Shown in pieces: positions 12,641 through 25,384 of a stretch of 64,000 bases of DNA. Origin of the DNA: Heterodontus francisci (lineage: Eukaryota); NCBI RefSeq assembly GCF_036365525.1, contig NC_090373.1, forward strand, positions 48,876,600-48,940,599, read 5' to 3'. Every line of letters begins with the position of its first letter. Within the stretch, counting starts at the first letter, position 1. A program made the translations under genes and the position numbers. Below the pieces are notes generated by a model. It saw nothing but the letters and a program-made list of their open reading frames with translations, was not told the DNA's origin and made no database searches.

Positions 12641-14261
12641 TTGTTGTTGGCATAACGGACTCTAATTTAACAGTCAAAAATGCATCAAATAAATGATTGT
12701 GTTCAATCACCAAGCGAGCAGAGTAACAAGAGAAAACACAGGAGCAGAAGGAGCAAAGAGAAAATGTAACCAGCTGTTCAGGCTTGAAAGCTCCCAGGAT
12801 GCTAGAAAAATTGAGGTCCAAGGCTCTTCATATATTTCTTCCCAAAGTCAGGTGATTTGTCTGTTTATCTGTCCATCAATATTTGACAAAACTGATTAAA
12901 ATACGTACCATTAAAGAGTAGAGTGCATGTCAGTCGTTATTAGGATTACTTAATGCATCAAGCAGAACGTGGACTCCTTGATGGGGCACTATGTCATTCC
13001 ATGTTTCATTTTAGTTGTGACAGTAGATTCTCATGTATAGGTACATGTGTCTATTATGCTCTTCTCCCCACTTCTGTACATTTACATCACAGTTTGGTGA
13101 ATCCTGGTCTAAAATAAAGCTGCAAACTGCCTTCCCGGGGTTCCTGACATTGCATCGACACATATAAATTCTTCCTGTTTTTGAACAACACTCCAGGCTT
13201 GGGATATCCCAAGCATAATCTTGATGAATCATGATGGTTGGTTGGGATGCATAGGATGCATGAAAATCTTGTTCCAGCGCCTGTATGGTCATGGTGACCA
13301 TACCAGTGAGAGTGAGATGTTCTGGAATTCATATTAACCTACTAGTTATCGCCTGATAGGTAAGATTCTTCTTGTCTTGTGGGGGTGTGGGGTGGGATTT
13401 GAACTGTGAGGCATGGGGGTTGGACTGTATAGCCATGAGACACATAGGCAGCTTGTTAGTCCATCAAGTGGTGTGAACTGTACATAGCTTTTTAAGCATT
13501 GTTTTTACCGTCCTATTTCCCTCTTCACTGTCCCTGAGAATTGTGGATGATGTGAGATGTGCTGTCTATGGCAGATGCCCAACAGTTCTTGCAATTGGGA
13601 TAAAACATCCTGTGAAATTAGACCCTTGACCACTATCTATCTACCTGCAGTGGTAGACACTACCTACAGATTACCTTACTCAATAATGTTCTAAACTATT
13701 AGCACATAAGTGCACATAATGCAAGCAACAAATCATACATGGACTTAAAAGATTCTCCAGCTCACTCTTCACCCGTATCCAACTTGTGGATAATTCTTCC
13801 TAAATACTATTCCTTCCTAATCTTCAACTCTCTCAATAAAAAATCTGTATCCCTTTTACTTTAATTTTATTCCCTCCGATCGTGAATAGTGTGTTTAATT
13901 CTATTCTGAATATTTTAAAGTCAGTTTCTCTGTGGAGTATGTATCAATGCCTTGATGATTTAAAAATGTTATCTCACTCTATTGGCTACATTAACAGTTT
14001 CATATTGTCCTGTTGTTAAGCTCATGTCTGAGATCTATTCTTCAGTCCAGGTACACTATGCATTTTAAATTACATCTTCACATTTACACCCGGTATCCCA
14101 GTATCATGCCACACATGTCACATCCGATACAAGCCATTCTTGGACTTTCAGGTGATCTTATCAAAAGATCAAGGAACGGGGGCGAGGGGGGGGCGCGCTG
14201 TTCTGGGGGTTGCTGTCTGTCTGACATCTTTGCTTATCTCCCTCTGCATGTCCTGATGTTA

Positions 14262-16113
14262 TAGAAACATAGAAAATAGGAGCAGGAGTGGGCCATTCGG
14301 CCCTTCGAGCCTGCTCCACCATTCATTATGATCATGGCTGATCATCCAACTCAGTAACCTGTTCTCGTTTTCACCCCTTACTCTTTGATCCCTTTAGACC
14401 CAAGAGCTATATCTAACTCCTTCTTGAAAACATACAATGTTTTGGCCTCAACTGCTTTCTGTGGTAGTGAATTCCACAGGCTCACCACTCTCTGAGTGAA
14501 GAAATTTCTCCTCATCTCAGTCTTGAAAGGTTTACCCCGTATGCTTAGACTATGACCCCTGGTTCTGGATTCCCCCACCATCGGGAACATCCTTCCTGCA
14601 TCTACCGTGTCAGGTCCTGTTAGAATTTTACAGGTTTCTATGAGGTCTGCCCTCACTCTTCTGAACTCCAGCGAATATAATCCTAACCGACTCAATCTCT
14701 CCTCATATGTCAGTCCCGCCATCCCAGGAATCAGTCTGGTAAACCTTCGCTGCACTCCCTCAATAGCAAGACCATCCTTCCTCAGATAAGGAGACCAAAA
14801 CTGCACTCAATATTCCAGATGTGGCATCACCAAGGCCCTGTATAATTGTAACAAGACATCCCTGCTTCTGTACTCGAATCCTCTCACTATGAAGACCAAC
14901 ATACCATTTGCCTTTTTTACCACCTGTTGCACCTGCATGCCTACATTCATCGACTGGTGTACGAGAACACCCAGGTTTCACTGCATATTCCCCTGTCTCA
15001 GTTTATAGCCGTTCAGATAATAATCTGCCTTCCTGTTTTTGCTACCAAAGTGGATAACCTCACATTTATCCACATTATACTGCATTTGCCATGCATTAAC
15101 CCACTCAACTTGTCCAAATCACCCTGAAGCCTCTTTGCATCCTCCTCACAACTCACCCTCCCACCCAGTTTAGTCTCATCTGCAAATTTGGAGATATTAC
15201 ATTTAGTTCCCTCATCTAAATCATTAATATATACTGTGAATAGCTGGGGTCCTAGCACCAATCCCTGCAGTACCCCACTAGTCACTGCCTGCCATTCGGA
15301 AAAAGATTCATTTATCTCTACACTTTGTTTCCTGTCTGCCAACCAATTTTCTATCCATCGCAATACACTACCCCCAATCCCATGCGCTTTAATTTTACAT
15401 GCTAATCTCTTATGTGGGACTTTGTCGAAAGCCTTCTGAAAGTCCAAATAAACCACATCCACTGGCTCCCCCTCATTAACTCTGCTGGTTACATTCTCAA
15501 AGAACTCTAGTAGATTTGTCAAGCATGATTTCCCTTTCGTAAATCCATGCTGACTCTGCCCAATTCTACTGCTGTTCTCTAAGCGCTCTGCTATAAAATC
15601 TTTGATAATGGACTCTAGGATTTTTCCCACGACCGACATCAGGCTGACTCATCTATAATTCCCTGCTTTCTCTCTACCTCCCTTTTTAAGTAGTGGGGTT
15701 ACATTAGCTACCCTCCAATCTGTAGGAACTGTTACAGCGTCTATAGAATCTTGGAAGACGATCACCCATGCATCCACTATTTCTAGGGCCATTTCCTTAA
15801 GTACTCTGGGATGCATACCATCAGACCCTGGGGATTTATCGGCCTTCAATCCCATCAATTTCCCCATTTCTCTACTAATACTGATTTCCTTCAGTTTCTC
15901 TCTCTCACTGAGCCCTGTGTTCCCCAACATTTCTGATATGATATTTGTGTCCTCCTTTGTGAAGACAGAACCAAAGTATGCATTTAGTTGGTCAGCCATT
16001 TTCTTTGTTCCCCTTAATAAATTCACCTGTTTCTGACTGTAAGGGACCTACATTTGTCTTCACCAATCTTTTTCTCTTCACATGCCTACAGAAACCTTTA
16101 CAGTCAGTTTTTA
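14262..16113 (-). mobile_element. 5'-truncated CR1 (HER1-like) LINE
   Basis: ORFs with KSPGSDGMHPRVLKE, QHGFTKGKSCLTNL, YLDFQKAFDKVPH, SKFADETKL and QFWSPYLRKD; (TTTCTATG)-type tail at 14262. Confidence 0.93.
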
Positions 16114-18369
16114 TTGGTAGTGGCCAGACTATCATCAAATGAGGTTCTCTGAAAGAAAAAAATCATACGCAAGGACACAACCATCTCCAAGAGAAAGCTA
16201 TCAAATTACCAGTCTTATTTACACTTTCCTGGCTTGCACTGGAAAGTTCTGGACTTCTTAGAAATTCTGCACAACATTAATTTAACAGTATGAATTCTAA
16301 TTCTGCCAATGGTTTATTCCCAAAATTCTTTTATTAACTGCTGCATCAGCCAGATTTCTTTTCCAATTCCCATTAGTTACAATCCTAATTCATTTTTGAG
16401 TCCTGTAGAAACTTTACTGTCCAACTCTTATTATATCGTTAAAACAGAAATCAAACATTCCCATTTGATTTCACATATTACAGTATAATGTTTGTTAGCT
16501 CTTTATCTTCGATGACATTTTAGTTTCTCAAAAGTAACTTGCTAAATTATGCAGGACTTTTTGCACCTCACAATTATCCCAAATTCAAATAAAAGTGTTG
16601 TCGGGGTGACAGGTTTTGTTAATGTTCGCAAATCTCCCTAAAACAAACTTATTTCTTGATATTTATATGAACCACCTGGACTGTTTCCTTTTTAGTTTTT
16701 TGTTTGAAACTTGATTATCTCCTTAAACTTCAAATAAATTTCCCTTTGAGTGTTTGTAATAACGACTCATATCAATAAGTTTTATCGATTCAAATCTCAA
16801 GTAATTATGGTCTAGGCTTGGTGGCTTTGTATGGTGTTTTACATTAAGGACAGAAGTGCTTGCAACCAGTATAGAGGTAACTTCTGTATCTCTCCTTCTC
16901 AAGCACTTTGTGTTGAAAGACAACAAACAGCCTTAATGGGTTAAGGCCAAGTCTTTATAAGGCAAAGTCTTTAGTCCAAATTGTCACCATGCTGTGACAT
17001 TTGATGTCTGCAGATAAGATCTTAATTCTTTGGAGAAAAAAACTGCTAAATCCTCTGCTTTGGTAGCAGTACTCATGTGGCCTTAGAAATCATTGTCACC
17101 TGTTTTAAAAAAAGACACAAATAATCCATTGTGGCTCTGCCCGAGAACCCAATGAGTTAATTTGTCCAATTATATCTGTCAATTTGGAAACTTAAAATTT
17201 AATAATGCCCAATATATAAATTTACACTCAGCAATAAAATGGTTGTACGGTGAATTAAATGAGAAATAAAAGCCGTCTGCATAAAGGGTTAACTTGTTTG
17301 CTTATTTTCAAGGGGGTGGAGCAAAACATTCTCAGATGCACGCAATTGCGTTACTTTACGTAACTTTTTTTCAATTGAAGATGAACCAAACATCATTTCA
17401 AAATCTTTTTCCAAGTCTTGGAGCCCTTTTTAAACTTGTACTTTTTTTTAATCCTTAGGAATTATATCACTTTTTTTCCTTGTTCTTTCTTCAGGCACCT
17501 TTCCAAATGACTGCAATCAAACTGAAGAAAATAAAACTAAAGAAAAGGTTATTTCTCACAGTTAAATAAAACTTTCAACATTCTTACGAAGGAAACCCTT
17601 TAACAGTAGAAAAGGGGACAGAATGTTTTGCCTTATCTCCTTTATTTATCCCTTTTTTCCCCTTAAACCAATTTTCAATTCCTGGTGTTCGCTGCTTAAC
17701 CTCTTTTGGGAAAAAAAGTAAGACATGACTTCAATTTAAACTGCAAAAAAAGCAATAGCAGTTTTTACAGCAAACTGTTTTGAAACTTCAAATTGGATTT
17801 CTTCCAGACATCTTCAAGGTTGAAGCTTATCTCATACAAAACAAACTGTTCAATGCCTTTTCACAGTTGTAAAACTAATTTTTAATATAAATAAAACACT
17901 ACACCAGCATCTTTAAAATGTAATTCAGTTTTATATCCCATTTCTGGGTGCACAATCTTAAACTGAAATGAACACATTCAACAATCACATTCACACTTTC
18001 TTAATTCCAAACAATTGACAATTGAGAAAGGTTGATTCCTGTAATGGATTATGAATTCAAAGTTCCAAAAATCTGTGTTAAATTCCCATTCCTGAACCCA
18101 AGGAACACACACAGCTTCAATCGATTCACACCAAAACAGGATTCAAGTTTCACACAAAAGGTATACATAGGGAGGACAAGTAACCAACTTATGCCTCTAC
18201 TGTCAACAGCTAGACTGCAAAGAGTTCATGACTTTTAGCTCTGTAGGAAAGAGCACAGGCATACACAGATAAGAACAGACGGTCATTCGCAGAAGCTTCG
18301 CAGAACATTCAAACACACAAATACTGAAAACAAAATTCAGTTGCTATTATCTTAAAAACTGAACACAAT

Positions 18370-19117
18370 TCATTTCATGGGAGGTGAGCATTGCTGGCAA
18401 TGCCAGCATTTGTTGCCCAACCCTAATTATCCTTGAGAATGTGGTGGTGAGCTGCCTTCTTGCACCACTGCAGACACCCACAGTGCTGTCAGGGAGGGAA
18501 TTCCAGGATTTTGATCCAGCGACAGTGAAGGAACAGCGATATAGCTCCAAGTGTGTGGCTTGGAGCGGAACTTGCAGATTATTGTGTTCCTATGCGTCTG
18601 CTGCCCTTGTCCTTCTAGGTGAAAGAGGTTGTGGGTTTGGAAGGTGCTGTCGAAGGAAGCTTGGCGAGTTGCTGCAGTGCATCTTGTATATGGTGCAGAC
18701 TGCTGCCACTGCACGTTGGTGGTGGAGGAAGTGAATGTTTAAGGTGGTGGATGGGGTGCCGATCAAGTGGGCTGCCTTGTCCTGGATGGTGTCGAGCTTC
18801 TTGAGTGTTGTTGGAGCCGCACTCATCCAGCCAAGTGCAGAGTATTCCAACACACTCCTGACTTGTGCCTTGTAGATGGTGCACAGGCTTTGGGGAGTCA
18901 GGACCTGGGTAACACTGCAGAATTCCTAGCCTCTGACCTGCTCTTATAGCCACAGTATTTATATGCTTGCTTCAGTTCAGTTTCTGGTCAATGGTAACCC
19001 TCATGATGTTGATAGTGGGGGATTCAGTGATGGTAATGTCGTTGAATGTCAAGGGGAGATGGTTCGATTCTCCCTTGTTGGAGATCATCATTGCCTGGCA
19101 CTTGTGTGGCGTGATTG
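18370..19117 (-). mobile_element. Non-LTR retrotransposon 3' fragment (CR1/L2-superfamily family distinct from HER1)
   Basis: LEYSALGWMSAAPTTLKKLDTIQDKAAHLIG...AVCTIYKMH...SFTVAGSKSWNSLP; same family as 37965-38690. Confidence 0.8.
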
Positions 19118-19510
19118 TTACACACACACATTCTTTTCTCTCAACAGTCTTTGACTTTTGCCGTGAGCCTTTTAACTTATTTTCTTTGTCCTCTTAGCCG
19201 TTTTCCCTAAACCAGCATTGTCTTCTATTTTTGAACTGTTTTGTTACAACTGTAACAGGTACTGATGTGTTTTTGGGGGTCTGTGTAATAACAGGAACAG
19301 TGGGAGATGGTACTTCTGGAGAGTCCCTCATTTTTGTCGTTTCCAACCATATACTATGTTGGGCGTATGGGTGATCGCTTCATTGTCAGACATGCAAGTA
19401 TCTGGATTGTCTTCCTGTTCTAAGAGGAGCTCACCTCTCGTAAAGGCGGACACCAAATTTGCTGCATATCCAACTTCCGTTTTAGTTTGTAAATTTTCAG
19501 TTCACACTAT

Positions 19511-20247
19511 GGCCAGGATTTTGTTGAGGTCCTGACGTTGGGATCTGTGGCGGTGGGTGGGGGTGGTGGAGGTGGCAGCATCCAGAAGATTGTACCGCCC
19601 ATGGAGTCCAACGTCGGGAGTGCTGGGACCAATCTTCCTGGTGGCGGCAAGGCTCCGTGGCGCCCCCACCACGGGGGCCCAGCTTTACATATTTAAATTA
19701 AGTAAATGAATACATTTAAATAAAATTCACAGCAATCTTACCTGCTGCCCGGGATCTTTCGAGTGGCGGCTGGCACTCATGCACTTTCACTTTCCAGTCT
19801 AGGGAACTAGTTGGAGCCACTGAGGTGGGGAAGGGTTCTTATGATTTTTAGTCAAGTGTGGGGCGGGGGGGGGGAGAAGGGGTGACCTCTGCACTTTGAT
19901 CAGTTGGCGGGGTAAAGTCAAGTGTTGCAGATAAGTGTTTTTGGGGGTGGGGGGTGGGGGGGAAGAGGGCAACTATTGCATTTAATTACTATTGGTGGGG
20001 GGGGGGAAGGGGCAATAGGTTTTTGTGGCAGCGCATTGTGGGGGGCTGGGGATAGGCCTTTAAAAATTTAAATGTGCCGGCAGGGCTGGCTGCCCTTTAA
20101 AAATGGCGGCAGCACCTGCGCACAGGCAGCTGACGCCGTTGCCAGCATCGCAGAGCCCGCCCCCTCCACGGGATTGGGGGAGGTGGCCCGATCGGTGTAT
20201 TGTCCTGGGTCGCAGCGGCATGGCGGCGGGGGAAGAAAATTCAGCCC
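19511..20247. mobile_element. PIF/Harbinger-type MITE
   Basis: Ends GGCCAGGATTTT...AAAATTCAGCCC. The internal CTTTAAAAATGGC...GCCCCCTCCAC blocks are shared with 30901-31689 and 41085-41795. Confidence 0.65.
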
Positions 20248-20890
20248 TGAGAGTGGCCTGTTTCTCGGTGGTGCTGGTTACATTTCACATTCTCCCCAGC
20301 ACAAGTATTCAAATCTTCCTCCTGTTGCTCGAATTTAACCATTAGTGAACTAACTTGTGAGCAAGTAAAGCTTTGTTGCTACAACATTGCTGCATTTTGC
20401 TGCTCGTCTATCTCTAAACTTTGAACTTGTTTTTCCAATCGCTTAATCTCTTGATCTTCCTGCTTTTGTTGTGTCCTATCATCATTTTTATTAGTGTAAT
20501 GAAATGCTCCATAGGCAAGTAGATCTCTTGCCTTTACTGCTTTCAATTTTTTGTCGTCTACTCTCCCTTGAATGAACGCAACTACTCTGTCATAGGAAGC
20601 CCTCTCTCCCTTTTGTTAAACATTCTACCAACAAAATCTGGACCTCACTCTCTAACACTTTGTCTAATTTCTCTTTGTATGTTGACAGTATGCTACACTT
20701 ATTCTTCCCTGACATCTTTTCACCCACCTTTAATTGTCTGGCGGTTTCTACTGATTCCACAACCCTAAGGCTTTCCTTTCCTGATGTGAATGATGGCTGG
20801 CCATATACTACCAAGGTCCCTAATCACTAACACCAAATATTCCAAGTCCTAGTCTGGTCTGGCACAAGTCGCCAATTGTAAGATTTAGAA

Positions 20891-21834
20891 CAGGGTTTCC
20901 AACCTTTTCGCATCGGGGGCGGGGGGGGTGGGGGGGTAGCGGGTTGTCACTTTACATTTTTTTTCTTACATAGGGGTCCAGTAAGACAATTTTGGAAAGA
21001 TAAAGGCATTAAAAATTTATCTTACTATTAATCAAAACAGCAAATGTGCATTTTTGTGAAGAAGTTTTAAGTGAGAAGATTAATTTATTGACTTACTTTC
21101 TCATCACGATGTTGGACATTGATTTAGTGAGATACCTGGCTTTTTTTGCTTGCACAAGTAGTCAATGTTTGCCCTCACACTTCTTGTAGCAATGCTTAAT
21201 ATTCCAGATAGATGTCCATCTGTCAAGAATGATCTTGTCATTCTTTCTCTCCCCTCTCTCTCTTTCTCTCTCCTCTCCCTGTGTCCCCCCTCTCTGTGTT
21301 CCCCCCTCTCCGTTTTCTTCTACCCTCTCAGTATTGTCCTCACTCTCTGTGCCCCCCCCTCTCTCTTTGTCCACTCCCTGTCTTTCTCTGTCCCCCTCTC
21401 TCTCTGCCCTCTGCTGTCTGTCTCTCCTCCCCTCTCTCTCTGCCCTCTCTGTTTCCTCCACCTTTCTCTCTCTGATAGATGCAAGGAGTGGGAGTGCTCA
21501 GCACAAGCAGCTTTGTGGTGGGTCAGTTTTGTTAAACATTGCACAGCTGAGGGCAGGAACATTGGTTTCCCAACTTTGGACAGATTCAGAGTTTTCCGAC
21601 AGCCTTTTAAAAAAAAAGTCGGTACCTGCTGGTAAACCCCGAATTTGTCCAAAGTTTGGAAACTGCTGTTCCCACTCTCAGCATCTATCAGTTGTGAAAT
21701 TGACAGCACAGTTTTTAAAAAGCTGGTCTGAAAGAAGAAGGCAATGGAACATTTCTCAGCTCTGAAATACATCCGCAGGTCGGATGGAAACCTGGCCAGA
21801 TCCTGGCCCGCGGGCCATATGTTGGACAACCCTA
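20891..21834. mobile_element. hAT (Charlie-like) non-autonomous element with internal CT-rich tract
   Basis: TIRs CAGGGTTTCCAAC / GTTGGACAACCCTA; perfect 8-bp TSD ATTTAGAA (20883-20890 and 21835-21842). Confidence 0.85.
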
Positions 21835-22502
21835 ATTTAGAACCTTAATTATAATTTGTTCTTGGACCAGACAATGAGAATTTGGACAAGAAGACATCTG
21901 ATGTAGTGGTATCAGGATGATTTATTAAGGCAAAAAGCAATACTTAACAAATCCATGGCAGTCGATATCTTAGTCCAGGTGGGCTTTACTCTCCACTGGC
22001 TCTAGTGGCACAGAAGGCTCTTCTCTCGTCTCTCCTTTTGACATCTTCAGCTCTGTGCACCGAACCTCTCCAGGTCTGTTCCTTTATTCTTTGTAGCATT
22101 AATAATAATCATGTGCAAAACAATGCGTCCTTGGTGCACAAACTGTCCATTGGAAGCTTTAAGTTCATTAGTTCATACATTTCCATTGAAACTTATCCTG
22201 CATTTCTGTTACATTTTGAGCACAAGTTGTTCAATTATTTTCGATATCTGTTCTTTTCTTCCATGTTATTCTGTCCATGTTATTCGTCCACGTCACAATG
22301 TGGTTCCAGTTTTTTTCAGAAAGGCACACATCTAACATTTGCCAAAAGCCTATACAAAAAGTATATGAAAGTACATAAAATGCAGAATGCAAAAATATAT
22401 AAAAAGTCCACATTCTCTGCACTACTTTTTTTTTTAGAACATTACAGCGCAGTACAGGCCCTTCGGCCCTCGATGTTGCGCCGACCTGTGAAACCATCTG
22501 AC

Positions 22503-25301
22503 CTACACTATTCCATTTTCATCCATATGTCTATCCAATGACCACTTAAATGCCCTTAAAGTTGGCGAGTCTACTACTGTTGCAGGCAGGGCGTTCCACG
22601 CCCCTACTACTCTCTGAGTAAAGAAACTACCTCTAACATCTGTCCTATATCTATCACCCCTCAACTTAAAGCTATGTCCCCTCGTGTTTGCCATCACCAT
22701 CCGAGGAAAAAGACTCTCACCACCACCCTATCTAACCCACTGATTATCTTATATGTCTCTATGAAGTTACCTCTCCTCCTCCTTCTTTCCAACGAAAACA
22801 ACCTCAAGTCCCTCAGCCTTTCCTCGTAAGACCTTCCCTCCATACCAGACAACATCCGAGCAAATCTCCTCTGCACCCTTTCCAAAGCTTCCACATCCTT
22901 CCTATAATGCGTTGACCAGAACTGCACGCAATACTCCAGGTGCGGTCTCACCAGAGTTTTGTACAGCTGCAGCATGACCTCGTGGCTCCGAAACTCGATC
23001 CCCCTACTAATAAAAGTTAACACACCATATGCCTTCTTAACAGCCCTATTAACCTGGGTAGCAACTTTCAGGGATTTATGCACCTGGACACCAAGATCTC
23101 TCTGTTCATTTACACTACCAAGAATCTTCCCATTAGCCCAGTACTCTGCATTCCTGTTACTCCTTCCAAAGTGAATCACCTCACACTTTTCCACATTAAA
23201 CTCCATTTGCCATCTCTCAGCCCAGCTCTGCAGCCTATCTATGTCCCTCTGTACCCTACAACATCCTTCGGCACTATCCACAACTCCACCGACCTTAGTG
23301 AGATCCGCAAATTTACTAACCCACCCTTCTACACCCTCTTCCAGGTCATTTATAAAAATGACAAACAGCAGTGGCCCCAAAACAGATCCTTGCGGTCGGT
23401 ACACCACTAGAAACTAAACTCCAGGATGAACATTTGCCATCAACCACCACCCTCTGTCTTTCAGCTAGCCAATTTCTGATCCAAAGCTCTAAATCACCTT
23501 CAACCCCATACTTCCGTATTTTCGGCAATAGCCTACCGTGGGGAACCTTATCAAACGCCTTACTGAAATCCATATACACCACATCCACTGCTTTACCCTC
23601 ATCCACCTGTTTGGTCACCTTCTCGAAAAACTCAATAAGGTTTGTGAGGCACGACCTACCCTTCACAAAACCGTGCTGACTATCGCTAATGAACTTATTC
23701 TTTTCAAGATGATTATAAATCCTGTCTCTTATAACCTTTTCCAACATTTTACCCACAACTGAAGTAAGGCTCACATGTCTATAATTACCAGGGCTGTCTC
23801 TACTCCCCTTCTTGAACAAGGGGACAACATTTGCTATCCTCCAGTCTTCCGGCACTATTCCTGTCGACAATGACGACATAAAGATCAAGGACAAAGGCTC
23901 TGCAATCTCCTCCCTGGCTTCCCAGAGAATCCTAGGATAAATCCCATCTGGCCCAGGGGACTAATCTATTTTCACACTTTCCAAAATTGCTAACACCTCC
24001 TCCTTGTGAACCTCAATCCCATCTAACCTAGTAGTCTGAATCTCAGTATTCTCCTCGACAACATTTTCTTTCTCTACTGTAAATACTGACGAAAAATATT
24101 CATTTAACGCTTCCCCTATCTCCTCTGATTCCACACACAACTTCCCACTACTATCCTTGATTGGCCCTAATCTAACTCTAGTCATTCTTTTATTCCTGAT
24201 ATACCTATAGAAAGCCTTAGGGTTTTCCCTGATCCTATCCGCCAATGACTTCTCGTGACCTCTCCTTGCTCTTCTTAGCTCTCCCTTTAGATCCTTCCTG
24301 GCTGGCTTGTAACTCTCAAGCGCCCTAACTGAGCCTTCACGTCTCATCCTAACATAAGCCTTCTTCTTCCTCTTGACAAGCGCTTCAACTTCTTTCGTAA
24401 ACCACGGCTCCCTCGCTCGACAACTTCCTCCCTGCCTGACAGGTACATACTTATCAAGGACACGCAGTACCTGCTCCTTGAATAAGCTCCACATTTCGAT
24501 TGTTCCCATCCCCTGCAGTTTCCTTCCCCATCCTACGCATCCTAAATCTTGCCTAATCGCATCATAATTTCCTTTCCCCCAGCTATAATTCTTGCCCTGC
24601 GGTATCTACCTGTCCCTGCCCATCGCTAAGGTAAACCTAACCGAATTGTGGTCACTATCACCAAAGTGCTCACCTACATCTAAATCTAACACCTGGCCGG
24701 GTTCATTACCCAGTACCAAATCCAATGTGGCATCGCCCCTGGTTGGCCTGTCTACATACTGTGTCAGAAAACCCTCTTGCACACACTGGACAAAAACTGA
24801 CCCATCTAAAGTACTCGAACTATAGTATTTCCAGTCAATATTTGGAAAGTTAAAGTCCCCCATAACAACTACCCTGTTACTCTCGCTCCTGTCGAGAATC
24901 ATCTTCGCTATCCTTTCCTCTACATCTCTGGAACTATTCGGAGGTCTATAGAAGACTCCCAACAGGGTGACCTATCCTCTCCTGTTTCTAACCTCGGCCC
25001 ATACTACCTCAGTAGACGAGTCCTCAAACGTCCTTTCTGTCGCTGTAATACTCTCCTTGATTAACAATGCCACACCCCCCCCTCTTTTACCATCTTCTCT
25101 GTTCTTACTGAAACATCTAAATCCCGGAACCTGCAACATCCATTCCTGCCCCTGCTCTACCCATGTCTCCGAAATGGCCACAACATCGAGATCCCAGGTA
25201 CCAACCCATGCTGCAAGCTCACCCACCTTATTCCGGATGCTCCTGGCGTTGAAGTAGACACACTTTAAACCAAGTTCTTGCTTGCCAGTGCCCTCTTGCA
25301 T
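22503..25301 (-). pseudogene. CR1 ORF2 (endonuclease-reverse transcriptase), broken by a few stops and frameshifts
   Basis: Consecutive ORF pieces 24972-25301, 24606-24962, 23961-24509, 23346-23894, 22694-23407 and 22503-22700 tile one ORF2. Confidence 0.92.
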
Positions 25302-25384
25302 CCTTGTAACCTTATCCCTGACCTCACTACTCTCAACATCCTGTACACTGGCACTACAATTTAGGTTCCCATTCCCCTGCTGAA

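Larger units (their letters stand above)
16150..22213 (-). mobile_element. Heavily decayed LTR retroelement (5' LTR, PBS, gag-pro-pol relics), split by three nested insertions
   Basis: Minus strand: LTR TGTAAC(22213)...TTACA(20877) with AATAAA near 21925, then AT-TGGCGAC (PBS-like). Downstream are relic peptides QCWF-RENG (zinc-knuckle-like, ~19215), LIGFSG (protease-like, ~17150) and DLR(N)INK / GLKN (RT-like, 16400-16640). Confidence 0.5.

Noticed and set aside
13011-13332. Overlapping 96- and 81-aa minus-strand ORFs in unique DNA
   Set aside because: There is no recognisable domain and the lengths are within chance expectation.
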